A stretch of 64,000 nucleotides of DNA from Lytechinus pictus (lineage: Eukaryota). Below are positions 36,604 to 49,564 of the stretch, piece after piece. The notes beneath the pieces are model-generated. The model saw only the letters and a list, made by a program, of their open reading frames with translations. It made no database searches and was not told where the DNA came from. The DNA lies in assembly GCF_037042905.1 (NCBI RefSeq), contig NW_026974140.1:372001-436000 (forward strand). The letters run 5' to 3'. The position numbers were made by a program, and so were the translations under genes. The number at the start of each line of letters is the position of its first letter. Position 1 is the first letter of the stretch.

Positions 36604-36831
36604 TAATGGGCATTATGTTTTACTTTCCCCAGAAATGGGGAATTAGATTCAAATTCCCGGGGGGACCACTTAAATTGATGAGTGGATACCAGTCACGACC
36701 ACGGGGTTTCGAAAAGCACCCTAAACAAGGGAAGCAAGTCTTTTCCAGATTATGAAAATGCACCTCTTAATAAGTATTTAGCTTGTGAAACCCTACAAGT
36801 ATTGAAAACATCCTCCTTTTCAGTATTTTAA

Positions 36832-39800
36832 CATTTTGCGTGCAGGCACGCGAAACCGGATACCTCTCCCTGCTGCGGAGCTGTTTTTGGTACATTGGTG
36901 GTATTTGCATCTGTGGCGGTGTTTTCCAAATCAATTGCTAATCGCGCCAAACTGATGCATTCTCAGGATTTGTACTTAATGTAACGATGAAAGACAAGAC
37001 ATTTTGTTTTCTAGAAATAAAGGTTTCGCTTCTCAAATCAACAGAATAGTTAAGAAATTTACGAGGAAAAGGTCGTGTTATTTTGTCAAATCTTCACTTT
37101 TTCCAAAGTCAATACGAACTGTGTACAACAATGCGTAAGGGCAATCAGCACACGCGGACAGGTTGGGTTCGATCGATACCGCTTTGTTGTCTGCTCTAGT
37201 GCTTTTTTCATTGCCTATTGTCACGCTACTCAATGCTCTCTTTACCTCCTTGTATAGAGATCATTTGCAAAGTATATAATTACGACGATAATACGTTTTG
37301 GGTGAAATCACAGCATACCAAAGTGCAGAGGTGTTCTAAACGGTGTTCTAAATTGCTTTATTGTATGTTTACTTCCTTTGAAATATATGACATAAATATG
37401 AGCAATAAGATGAGAGAATGAGAGAAAGCGGGGGGTTCAAAAGTGCACCAGGGGTCCGTTTTATATAAAATTTATTTACAAATTTTCAATGACACTTTAA
37501 AAGCTACTGAAATCCTTCTATTTGACTGGCGAATGGTAAATTTGTTTAAGTTATTGCACATTTGTTAATATAAAATATACATGTATTTATAAAACGGTAC
37601 CAAGGGATTTTATCCTTTTCCCTTTCTCTGGTTTATAACTTGTAACTGAATGTATTATTTACCGCTTTCATTCCCTTTCTTATATCTGTCGTCTTTCTAT
37701 ATCCCCTCCCTTCTACACCTTTTTTATATGAGTTCTCATTTAAATTGTATCTGTATCGTCTTCCTTCTCCCCGATTAGGATTACGAGGTTTATACCCGCC
37801 CACATCCACCTCTATCCTTTCTCTCTGATTTTTTATTCTCAGTACCTGTCATTTTACATTACATCTAACGTCTCCCCCTCTCTCTTCATCGGAAACCGTT
37901 CCGAGAGTATGCCTCGATTTTGCCAACTTGTATTGATCGGAAACGGTTGAATTTGTGGGCCTCTCGTCCTATTGCAGCGTGGCCATCATGTCGAAAATTT
38001 ATGGGGTTTTCCCCCAGTTTCTCAAATAATGTCCCGAAAAACCTTTTAAAAATATTATTGTAACTGTCATTTCACAATGAATTATATATCATCTTCCATT
38101 TTCTATATTAATAACGCAGGTAGATTTTTTTTGCATAAGACAATATGATGATGATGATCATCGTATAAAAATGCACGACTAAACTTTTTTTTTACTAGGG
38201 GCTTAGGGTTATGACAAGACAGAGGCCTCCATTTTTCTATAAAAGTAATTTTTATAGATTTTTTCTCATTTTTTCTCATTTAATAAGTTTGCGCACAGGT
38301 ATTCGATTTGTAATATCCTGAAATTATTTCAAAGAGTTAAACGAGTAAAAATGACTAAAATTGTTAGTCTGAAATCATACCTCCCAACTCTCTCTCTGTC
38401 ACTTTCTACGTTTCTTTCTTTATCTTACTTTTCCCTCAAAAAGAGCCATGCTAGAAATAACTGAAAGTAAGAGAAAGTATATTTCTTGAATAAATTATAG
38501 CATGCGCAATAAAAAATAAAAAAAGTATTCTTTCGTTTTGTTCTATTTTTAATTTGTCTCCTTGATTTCACAACCGAAAACAAAGTAATACATAAATCAT
38601 AAAAAACATTCATAACATTTAGAATTCATTTTTGTTTCTAATCCAAAAAGTCGTCAGTTTAACAAGGGTCTGAGGACCGAACTAACGTTGTGGGATTTCT
38701 TTAAAAAAATCTAACCAAAAAATAAAGTCATGTTGTTATTTGTTTAAGTAGATATTCATGGAATTTTACCAACTTACGAAAGCGCACTTGTCTATTCCCC
38801 CTTTTATCGCTGTCTCTCATTTTCTCTCGTTCTTCGTGACATCTGAACCTTTTTTTTTCTATAATTTCCCTAAATGATTCTTCTTCCATCCTGATATGCA
38901 TCATTACCCTGGGGAAGCGCTTTTATGCAATATGAATCACTGACGAATGTCATACAGTCAGACCGCAGGTCCCAATGCTAATGAGCAAAAAGGCCAGATT
39001 CATCCAAATCATCTCGTGGCTGAATCCTCCTCCTTGCAAAATCTCGTGATTCGTGAGATTTTCTTTCTCTTAGAATTTACCTGTTTTAATCTCAACTTAA
39101 ATGAAATATTATTGCACCATCAGATAGAGTAGAAGTTACTCTTTCATATTGGTCATTTATTTTGTATACAATATTTTGTTGAATAAGTAAATTTCTGGCC
39201 TGAATATGTGCCTCAAAACTGAATTTTCTTCCTCTGTTTTCTTTTGCAAATTGTGCAAAACTTTTTATTTTGAGCCTCAATGATATCTATATCCCCATAA
39301 AGCTGAACTTCTGTACTTTCTCACAATGCCACTCTTGATATGCGGCACCTTTTAATCGGGTCAAGATCACACTTTTCCCACCAAGGAACAAGACGAGATT
39401 TCTGAAATTTTGTACTTGCATGAAATCCAGAGTTCTGATTGGCTGGATAAGGTTCACAGAACAACAGGCGCGGGGTATTTGAGGAGATTACCACATGGGA
39501 AGTGTGATCTTCCCACGAACCCAGGCACTGGAACCGTTGGAATTTGCCATTGTGTGGTCTTTTTGACCAATCAGAGTGCAGTATTCTTGTTTTCAAGCTG
39601 CTTTATGTACTTGGCAAATGAAAAGTGTGATCTTGACCCGATTAAACCAATTCTTATTTTGAAACTTATATCATTTTAAAGCATACATATTTAGCATTAT
39701 CATGATATAAAAATCATTTGGGCTCAAACAAAAAAAAAAGTGTGAAAATAGCAGCTTTTGTCAGGTGAAAATATTTGTTTTGTAGCATATTTTAGATCAA

Positions 39801-40340
39801 AATTTTAGCCTATATTACAAAATCTTTGAATAAATCCAAACACATGACCTAAAATAATGATTCTTCTTCTTTACAATGGTACCAAATTCATGAAATTCGA
39901 TGCACAATTAGAGCAGCAATGACCGAATGAAAAGAGGTGTTTTGGTCCGCATCAAGCTCATTAAATATGCAAAACATCTCAAGTCATGAATATCACTTGG
40001 ATGAAAGAAGCCACTTTCTTGGGACCTGCAGTCTGACTGCATAAGCACCTGTGTTGTCGGTAAATGAGACAAAGTTTTTTGTAGACATGGTATGTTGGTC
40101 GAAAAAAGGTATTCATAAAAACTTGTTGTATTGCTAAGTACGAAAAGCATTCAATAGGTCATCCTGCTGATAAAAACTAATCTTCATTTTGTTCGGGACG
40201 TTGACCATCTGTATCCTGCTCTTTTCGGACGGAACTTGTTTGAGTGGCTGCCCAGACATTCTTTTGTTCGGGTAGTGCTGATTTCATGAACTACATGGAT
40301 TGTTCCCTTTTGAAAAGAGCGTAAGATGAATGGTGTGCTA
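36832..40340 (+). mobile_element. piggyBac-like non-autonomous element, copy 1 (interrupted by a MITE)
   Basis: Starts after TTAA at 36828-36831. Segments are homologous to 61496-64000. Right end not located. Confidence 0.6.
38955..40039 (+). mobile_element. 1085-bp TIR element (Academ-like by terminus and TSD), copy 1
   Basis: TIR CAGTCAGACCGCAGGTCCCA / TGGGACCTGCAGTCTGACTG, 4-bp TSD CATA. Contains a nested IR TTAATCGGGTCAAGATCACACTTTTC (~39352-39646). Confidence 0.85.
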
Positions 40341-40971
40341 AGCTGCTATCTTTTCTCCTTTTTTTTAGAATAGTAGACAAAAGTAATGAGAAGAAGAAGG
40401 GAGGGAAAAAGTCCAAGTGCACCGAGATCAGCTCAAAGTACTATGACATTACTTTTGTATAAGCTTGTTTTTTTTCTGAAAATACAATCGATGAAACCAA
40501 GGAGATATAATTCTAGAGTGATATCTCCTTGATGAAACAAATAATAAGACGAAAATGGTGAATAAACGCATAGCTTATTACATGACGATCTTGCAGAAAA
40601 ATTTTTGCGTATCTATCAGAACGATATGGATCAAATTACGTGATCAGAACAAATCATGCATTCAACGAGAAAACTACTATTTACAAAAGCCCGTATAAGA
40701 GCAAAATTATTATCATCGAAGTTATCAAATTAAATATCGCTAAGGGCGTGTTGATGCATGTTACAATTGTCTTGTCAAAGTTCAAAATGTCCACGAAAAG
40801 ATCAATTCTTGATTAAATGTTTACCACTTATAAACCTTAGATAATCGCTTTGCACGGAACCGGAATATGGGTTATCAAGCCCTCAAACATCCCTTTTTGG
40901 CTGAGGCGGGGCAAAAAAGCCATCCGCAGCTATCGTACCCAGCTTTTCGGAATGAGGGGGAGGGGCTTTTA

Positions 40972-41105
40972 AACCCACAAATGCAATAACACTTTACCCA
41001 CAAATGTAATAATTTCACCCAATAAATGTAAAAATGCACTTTACCCACAAATGTAATGATTTTTGATCACCCACAAATATAATGATCCCTTTACCCACAA
41101 ATGTG
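40972..41105. repeat. ~21-bp tandem repeat (ACCCACAAATGTAAT)
   Basis: Direct reading, about 6 units. Confidence 0.8.
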
Positions 41106-41246
41106 ATTAAATTTGAAGGGATTTTTGGCGAATCTGTTCTGATGCGTTCATATAGCGCAAAATCACAGTTTTTTTTCCAGACCCGGTTATATAAAACATT
41201 TAAACAATCTTCCAAACAAAGATCCAAAAATTAATTGTTCTTAATG

Positions 41247-41998
41247 TTGAAACATCTCTGTGCCAGGGGTCACGGGGCCAGGGCAGTGCAACTGGCAATT
41301 AACAAAGTTCGTTCTCTCCCCAGATCTGAAGTTCTCAAACCAAAAAGTGACAAGGAGACTACCAACAGAATACCGCTTGTGACCACCTTCCATCCCAATC
41401 TACCCCCTCTCCGCAAAATCCTGTGTGATAACAACCACATTTTACACACTTCTGATCGTCTCCAACAGGCCGTTCCCGATACTCCCCTTCTAGCATACCG
41501 ACGCGCACCGAATCTCAGGGACCTCATTGTTCGTGCTGAAGTGCCCTCCCTCACTAACCATTCTTCTCCCATACAGCATGGCACCTTCAAATGCACCAGC
41601 AACAGGTGCATCATATGTGAAATACACCTTCACGAGGGCGACACTTTCACCATTAACTCTACCAGCCTGTCTCACCAAATCAAGGGCAACATCACATGCA
41701 CTACCACTAATGTTGTATATCTCATCACTTGCAGAGTTTGTAGGGTACAATACATAGGGGAAACCAAGACCACACTGAAGAAACGATTCTACGGGCACAG
41801 ATCCACCGTCAACACAGCAAAGCTGGACACTCCAGTTGGCCGCCATTTTAACCTCCCCAACCACTCCATCACTGACATGGCATCGAATATTTAGGTACCC
41901 GTCCTGACTCAGTCCGTACTAGCAGGGAGAAGTTCTGGATGAGACGACTTCGCACCACCCAACCTCATGGCCTGAACATCCAAGAGGGGAACGACTGA
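41247..41998 (+). pseudogene. PLE ORF C-terminus (linker + GIY-YIG endonuclease)
   Basis: RIPLVTTFHPNL, AYRRAPNLRD, CTSNRCIIC, CTTTNVVYLITCRVCRVQYIGET, RFYGHRS, VGRHF. After a frameshift at ~41880: REKFWMRRLRTTQPHGLN...*. Confidence 0.9.
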
Positions 41999-42635
41999 TT
42001 ATTCTTTCCTATCCACTTTCAATTTATATATACATATATTTTTCCCCCTCAGCTCTTTTGAATAGTTACATTATAGTTTCTTCCTCTACTTTCCTCCCAT
42101 ATCTCATACAAGCTCAGCTCCAAATTTTCCTTCCTTATTCAGGCGATATAATTATTATGTATATATTTTTTTCTCCACTCACCTCTTTTAGATTTACCAC
42201 ATTTGCTTATTTACATGTATACTATGGTTTCTTCATAATACACCCCCTCTCTTCTATATTTGCTTTTACCTTTTTAGGCAATTTGCTTCCTCTTTTTCAC
42301 ATATACAGGGTTTTTTTTTTCTTTCTTTTTTCTACTGTATAGTCTTATGTTTTTTTTCCCATCACACCTATACAGCGGATTACAATATCAGTTACACCAT
42401 ATGTGTATTTATATTTTTTTATATACTTTTCTTTTTTGGATATATTTATTAACATGTCACTCATAGATACATCTTCACACTTACCTTCTTCTCTTAGTTT
42501 GTTTAATGCTTTATCATATATACTTATATGTCTATTGCACATTATCAGTTGTTCCCCATTCTTTTCCTTTTTTCCCCACTCTTATGCACCAGTTTATTAT
42601 GCCTTTCTTTGTAACCTGTTTGACCCACCTCTCAC

Positions 42636-43706
42636 CAGTCAGACGGCAGGTCCCAAGAAAGTGGCTTCTTTCATCCAAGTGACATTCATGACTTGAGATG
42701 TTTTGCATATTTAATGAGCTTGATGCGGACCAAAACACCTCTTTTCATTCGGTCATTGCTGCTCTAATTGTGCATCGAATTTCATGAATTTGGTATGATT
42801 GTAAAGTAGAAGAATCATTCTTTCAGGTCATGTGTTTTAATTTATTCAAAGATTTTGTAATAAAGGTTAAAATTTTGATCTAAAATATGCTACAAAATAA
42901 TTATTTTTACCTGACAAAAGCTGCTATTTTCACACTTTATTTTTTTTTTGAGCCCAAATGATTTTTATATCATGATAAAGCTGAATATGTATGCTTTAAA
43001 ATGATATAGGTTTCAAAATAAGAATTGGTTTAATCGGGTCAAGATCACACTTTTCATTTGCCAAGTACATAAAGCAGCTTGAAAACAAGAATACTGCACT
43101 CTGATTTGTCAAATGGCAGATTCCAACGGTTCCAGTGCCTGGGTTCATGGGAAGGTCACACTTCCCATGTGGTAATCTCCTCAAATACCCCGGGCCTGTT
43201 GTTTTGTGAACCTTATCCAGCCAATCAGAACTCTAAATTTCATGCAAGTACAAAATTTCAGAAATCTCGTCTTGTACCTTGGTGGGAAAAGTGTGATCTT
43301 GACCCGATTAAAAGGTACCGCATATCAAGAGTGGCATTGTGAGAAAGTACAGAAGTTCAGCTTTATGGTGATATAGATATCATTGAGGCTCAAAATAAAG
43401 AGTTTTGCACAATTTGCAAAAGAAAACAGAGGAAGAAAATTCAGTTTTGAGGCACATTTCAGGCCAGAAATTTACTTATTAACAACATATTGTATACAAA
43501 ATAAATGACCAATATGAAAGAGTAACATTTACTCTATCAGATGGTGCAATAATATTTCATTTAACTTGAGGTTAAAACAGGTAAATTCTTAGAGAAAGAA
43601 AATCTCACGAATCACGAGATTTTGCAAGGAGGAGGATTCAGCCACGAGATGATTTGGATGAATCTGGCCTTTTTGCCCATTAGCATAGGGACCTGCGGTC
43701 TGACTG
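42636..43706 (-). mobile_element. Same Academ-like TIR element, copy 2, inverted
   Basis: Reverse complement of 38955-40039 with its own 4-bp TSD TCAC (42632-42635 / 43707-43710). Confidence 0.85.
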
Positions 43707-44003
43707 TCACTAATTCTCTTGTTATTCATCTCTTCCTCATACCCTCTATCACTGTTTTGTTCCAGATCCTGTTTGATGTTGCCTGACTCATTATCTTAAT
43801 CCCTCGTGGCTTGAGGTTTTTTATTGGCCTTACTTACACTAACTTCCCTTTGTGTCTGCCTACTCCTTTTCTTTCATCCCCTTCACCAACCTGATTGGTC
43901 TTCTCTACTCACTAATGCCCCTTTTGTCTCCTTGTTTCTAGTGTTGATGTAGCTTGTCTGTGGTCTATATTATGGTTGTTCTACTTTATATGTTTGTCAT
44001 TTT

Positions 44004-44042
44004 GCCTCTGACGAAGATTCTGCTTGGATCGAAAGCTTAGGC
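44004..44042 (+). ncRNA. Minimal type I hammerhead ribozyme of the PLE
   Basis: GCCT-CTGACGA-A-GATTC-TGCTT-GGATC-GAAA-GCTT-AGGC: stem I GCCT/AGGC, core CUGACGA, stem II, GAAA, palindromic AAGCTT mini stem III. Confidence 0.85.
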
Positions 44043-44119
44043 CCCTTTTGACTTTCTAATTTACTCCATTGGCTCTCTTTTATTAGATAAGCAGTTTTCA
44101 GCAGCTTCTTTTTGTCATT

Positions 44120-45830
44120 AATGTTGAATAACATAGAAATATAGCGTAGTCTTTCCTCCAGACCCATATATTTTATATAGCAAATAATAGTAAAAATGAA
44201 GAATAAATAATAATTAAAACAAATACGATCTTATGAATGTTTAACAACATGGAAATAGTGCTCGGGAAACAGTGTTTGGGCCCCACCTTTTCATTTTGTA
44301 CATATACGACCTCTTGGAAGCAGTTCACCGAACGGCAATACTGTTCGCAAACGACTGCAAACTCTACAGAGTAATATCCAACCCCTCAGATGAAGAATCA
44401 CTACAAAAAGATTTAGAAATTTTGGTCACATGGGGAAACACATGGGGGATGAAATTCAACGCATTCAAATGCATTGTCATGAGTACCAGGACATACCAAT
44501 TACTCACTCCTTGGTCAACAATTACAGGAAGTAAAATGGGATAAGCAATCACAACAGGCAACCGCCAAAGGTACGAAGGCTTTAAACTTTATCAGAAGGA
44601 ACTTCCATCAGTGCTCTAAAACAGCGAAGAAACGTCTATACAACACACTTGTTAGACCCCACCTGGAATATGCTTCCATAGCATGGCACCCATGCACAGT
44701 CAACACCAAATTGCTGAAATTGGTACAGAGACGAGCCGTCCGGTTCGCCACAGGGAACTACACATGGGGATCCAGCGTTACAAACACAATAACAACACTT
44801 GACTGGATGTCTCTTGAAGAAAGGAGGCGAAATCACCGAATCACCAACTCATATAAGATCATCCATGGAGAAACTCAACCTGACTGAAATAAATATGCCA
44901 CAAGAAAAATAACAAGATTAAGAAGATCCCATGATGAACTGTATGAGGTCACTTCAAAGTTCATCACAACCACCCAACTGGCTAATTCCTTCTTCCCTGA
45001 AGCAATCTCCCACTGGAATAGTCTCACAGCCGATACGGTATCCTCCAAAAGCACTGACATACTTAAATTAAAACTGAACATGCAAAACCTGCTACAAAAC
45101 AAAGCAGCGTAATAATACTCCCACTCTCGTCAGCCCGGAGTTACCCTTCCTGGTGAAGGACTTAAAGGAATGGAAGTACAAGGTACAAGGTAAATATATC
45201 GTAGTCTTTTCTGCAGACCAAGTTATACAATTATTATAAAAACAAAACAACAGCAAAAAAGACCCCGCAATCTTATTAACTTTGAATAGCATGGAAATAT
45301 GATGTAGTCTTTGTTCCAGTCAAAGTTATTAAACAAAGCAAATCATTTTTTGTCTTTCTTGTATTTTCCTTTCTTTTTGTCATTTTTTATGTTTTCTTTT
45401 TTTATTGTTTTATTTTTTTTTTCTTGTTCTTTTTTTTTTTTCTTCCCTCTTTTCTCTATTTCTTGTCTTTATCTTATGTTTCGTTTCTCTTTTCCTTTTT
45501 TTCTATTTTTTCTTCTTTTTTCGTCTTTTACTTTTCTATTTTTTTTTCCATTTTTTTTTAGCTTGGAAAATGGAAATATGGTGTAGTCTTTGCTCCAGAC
45601 CTAGTTATTTAAAAATGGCAAATCATAAAAACAAAGAAACAATATTAAAAAAGACCCCTCAATCTCATTACAGGAACAATGTTGTCAATGTTGAATAACT
45701 AAAAAATGTAGCGTAGTCTTTCCTCAAGACCCAGTTATTTCAAAATAATAAATCATAAAAAAAGATATATAATAATAAAAATAAAAAAGACCCCACAATC
45801 TTATTCATGTTGAATAACACGGAAATAATA
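44120..45830. repeat. ~120-bp tandem repeat (ATGTTGAATAAC...GTAGTCTTT) interrupted by a LINE fragment
   Basis: Units at ~44121, 44237, 45282, 45570, 45689 and 45807. Confidence 0.65.
44262..45192 (+). mobile_element. 5'-truncated, decayed CR1-group LINE
   Basis: VFGPHLFILYIYDL, ILFANDCKLY, WGMKFNAFKC, LVRPHLEYASIAWHP. Tail GTACAAGGTACAAGGTA. Confidence 0.8.
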
Positions 45831-47073
45831 TGTACTGTTTGAACAAATATAAAACAATAAGTATTTGTTCACATAAATGAATTAATGGTTCAGTTTACGG
45901 CATATAAAATAAAATAAAAACGTTTTATCAATCGTGTTCCATGTGTAATTATTTCATTGCTGTTCTCATACATGAACGATTTCTAATGTCCGTAAACAGT
46001 ATATTATCATGATGATAAAAACCGCATTGTCTTCAATATTGTTATTATAATTCACAGTCTGTTCACATAAGTCTGTTTGATCAAATAATAAACAGAGGTA
46101 ATATTTAGTTCACTCCTTTTACTTGAAATAAGTAATAACTTTATTTGACTTTAATAATTCGCTGTTTAGCTATGCACACATTGGTTTAAATAACTTTGCT
46201 AATCTTGCATAGACTTAAATTAACTTAATTATAACAAGGCAAAGCTTTTATGAATTTGTTTCTAATTCTTTACACAAACAGTAACAATTGGTGGCTACAT
46301 TAAACCATTCTATTGCCAGCAATTAAAATACGACGCGTATTTGCGTTTGTAAATGTAAAAACAATTATGAAATAATTTTCTTAGTAAGCATCAATGAAGT
46401 TGAACATTCATTTGATTCTGGAATAAGTTGATTTTAAATTCAAAGTTGTTTAGATTTAGTGTCCATACGTTTATCCATTATTACGAATAATATTCTGCTC
46501 AGTTATATCAAAATTATATTATATTTATTTTCATTTTAGAAATAACCAGTTCATAATACAATATTTAACTTTGGTGAATCAACGCTTTCTATTCAGCATA
46601 TAATGAATCTAGATAAAATAACCGGAAAACCGAAACCGGAAACCGGACCGAAAACCTAAACGCCGTGCTCTTGTTGCTAAACCGGGCAAATTGAGACATT
46701 ATAAATTGAATTTACTTAACTTGTCTGACAAATATGAAATATATGAAGGTATTCAATATTTCTAGAACACTTACTCTTTTCTGGCAGGACATAAAACCAC
46801 ATTTATCTGTGAGTTAAACAATTCAAAATTACCCCCAAACTGCGGAGGTCAATACAAGCGTCTGACTCCTAAACCTTTCAAAATGGCGTGCGACACGTCA
46901 ACGTTGTACATATGCCCAAAGAACCCCGCTCAGCACACTAAATTTGCATAACAAAAAATACGATTCATGTTATACGGTATCCTAAATCAATGATTGGAAA
47001 TAAATTCCAATAAGTGATTAAATGTTTCAAATATTGGTATTATATTAAAACTATTTTTTCGCTGGGCGAAACA
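45831..47073 (-). mobile_element. 3' LTR of the BEL/Pao element
   Basis: Minus strand: polypurine tract AGGGCGGGGAGGA then TGTTTCG (47073). Ends ...AGTACA at 45831, exactly where the flanking tandem repeat is broken. Confidence 0.65.
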
Positions 47074-47898
47074 TCCTCCCCGCCCTATAAGGAATGTCTT
47101 GTTTCCTCATAACAACAAAACTTACATGACATGAACTTCCAAAGTCAATATTAAATTAAAGTTACATAGTCAATATTTGATTACACAGTTACATGCTAAC
47201 TTTCTCTTGTTCAGTTATAGTTACACTGGTTAAATTCAGTGTTGTATTTAACATTGTGGTTAGTCTCTTTGTGTTTGTTAGACTTTGTCATAGACCTTGT
47301 CAGTTTGAGGTATTATATAGTGTTAGACTTATGAGTTATACATTACATTATAATTTACTATCCTTTGTTTTCTTCATCTTCTTTCGTCACCTTTCATCTT
47401 CTGAATCTTCTCTTCATGAGTTTAGTCTTCATAACCTTCCGCATGATAGATTAGTGCGATCTTCGTTATTGGTCGTTATTTTACCGTCTTGTCCTGAGTA
47501 CACTTGAACAACACGCGCGATTGTCCATTTCCACGCACTGGGATTGGAGTCTGTCATCATAACCACGTCATCCATGCGAATGTTCCGACGATCTGTGATC
47601 CATTTCCCTATGGGTGTTAGTAGTGGCAGGATATCTCTGGTCCATCGATGCCAAAATGAGTCAACGATCCGTTGTACCAGTTCGACACGATGTCTTGGAT
47701 TTGTAGTTTCTCTGAATGGTCCTTGCGCAACGTCACTTGAGGCTCGTCATAAGTGCATGTCATTAGGACTCAGGTAGCTCCCGTCATCGGGGTCTGTGGG
47801 TATTCTGCCCATCGGCCTCTGGTTCACCAAATTGGCAATTTCCAGAAGACAAATGTGTAGGTCAAATGGTGAGATGATTTGCTCTCCGATTGACTTCT

Positions 47899-48627
47899 TC
47901 AGGGCATACTTGCAACTTTTCGCCAATGATCAGTACATCCGTTTTGGTGTGGAGCTGTAGGAGTAGTGAAAATCCATTCCGCGCCCTTTTCTGCATACAT
48001 GTATTTTAGGTCCTCATCTAACCAACCTTTCACCATTGCTTTCAACTCGTGTTCAGCGCGACAAAATGAGTTCCATTGCCACTTATCACTTTGATGGCTG
48101 ACCTCTAATGGCAAAATCCGTCTAAGTACCTGGATAAACTCCTTTGTAGAGCAATCAGTGGCTTGTTCCAGGTGGACTGCTCTCGTATTCAAACAAGTGA
48201 ACAAAACTCCATAATGCTTTCTTGTCTTGTTCCGCCTAATCTTAACAATGAGAGGGTCAAAGTATTCACAAGATGAGTAGTGGAATGGCGGTGTATGCGG
48301 CCGCAGTCTTTCCTTCGGTAGCTCCGCCATCTCCTGGGATTCCAATTTGTGTTCAAATGTTCTGCACGTTGTACACCTGAACTTGATCGTCTTGGCCAGA
48401 TTATGTGCTTTCAAGATCCAGTACTTTCTCCTGGCATTTGATGTAGTCGTAGCAACACCGGTATGACCATCCTCATGAACATTCCGAATGATCAAGGTTG
48501 AGGTCCAGTGTTCGCAAGGGAGTAAAGCCGGATGCTTCATGGCTAATGGCATCTCAGCACGATCTACTGCTTCATCCCTATACGGACTGGGCGTCTTCAT
48601 TTCTCGTTTGTCTACCCTGGTTATCAA
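47899..48627 (-). pseudogene. BEL/Pao integrase fragment
   Basis: HHCC zinc motif plus the start of the DDE core in the 242-aa ORF; frameshifted afterwards. Confidence 0.88.
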
Positions 48628-48976
48628 ATGATCTTCTCATTTCTGTCTGTCAGTTGGTGCCAGGTTACCATTTGAGACTTCGACGTTCTTATCTACCATT
48701 CTCTTGGACTTTGACTTCAGCTTTCTAATGAACTTCAGGACGAATGAATTCACCTTCACATGTTTCCTACAGTTAGAAAATTGCTTACAGTCGATCAAAT
48801 ATTGGGATTTGGATTCTTGTACAGTCAAAACTTGTCTCTCCCTCCGTACTTCTCTCTGAACATCTGGAATTTTTTTTTTCCTCTAGTTTTGCTTCTAGGA
48901 AGTCAGGACAATGTCTCCATCTGCCATTTAGCTTGTCCGGGCTAACACCTCTGCTGAGTTCATCTGAAACATTTAA

Positions 48977-49564
48977 AGAAGAATGAAACCTTTGGAATAA
49001 GATAGCTTGTGTGAAAACAGAAAAAACAAAGAAACAGATCAACGAAAGTTTGAGAAAAATCGGACAAATAATGAGAAAGTTATGAGCATTTGAACATTGC
49101 AATCACTAATGCTATGGAGATCCTCACATTGGCAATGCGACAAATATGTGTGATGTCACTTGTGAACAACTCTCCCTATTACTTTAGTATATATTTCACT
49201 TAAACTGCCTCTTTTATCACATCTATCAGCATATCATGTGTTCTTTCTTTAGGAGGGTATGTAATACAGATTTTTAAAGAATACATCATGGGTAAAGAGT
49301 TTGTATCACCATAAGAAAAAGCAAGAAGAGACATTTGGGGGGGGGTATTTTACAGTCAATCAAAGGGAAAGTTGTTTACATGCGACATCACACATCCTTG
49401 TCACATTGCCAATGTGAGTATCTCCATGGCATTAGTGATTGCAATATTCAAATGCTCATTACTCTCTCATTATTTGTCAGATTTTTCTCAAACTTTCTTT
49501 GTTTTTATTCTTTGATTTTTCTGTTTTCACACAAGCCTACTTGTTCCAAAGGTTTCATTCCCCT
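48977..49564. mobile_element. Kolobok-like palindromic MITE with TTAA TSD inside BEL RNase H
   Basis: TTAA at 48973-48976 and 49565-49568, ~190-bp IR arms. Removing it restores WRHIPGNL|NVSDELSRG in frame. Confidence 0.88.

Larger units (their letters stand above)
41247..44119 (+). mobile_element. 5'-truncated Penelope-like retroelement (PLE)
   Basis: GIY-YIG ORF remnant, long pyrimidine-rich 3' region split by a MITE, hammerhead at 44004-44042. Confidence 0.8.

Noticed and set aside
38955..43706. One 4.75-kb transposon with 1-kb TIRs encoding GIY-YIG
   Set aside because: Each arm has its own TIRs and a different TSD, and the Penelope sequence continues beyond 43710.
45311..45698. Phe-rich membrane protein ORFs (also the Ile/Tyr ORFs at 32257-32616)
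   Set aside because: Translations of T-rich or (TA)n low-complexity DNA.
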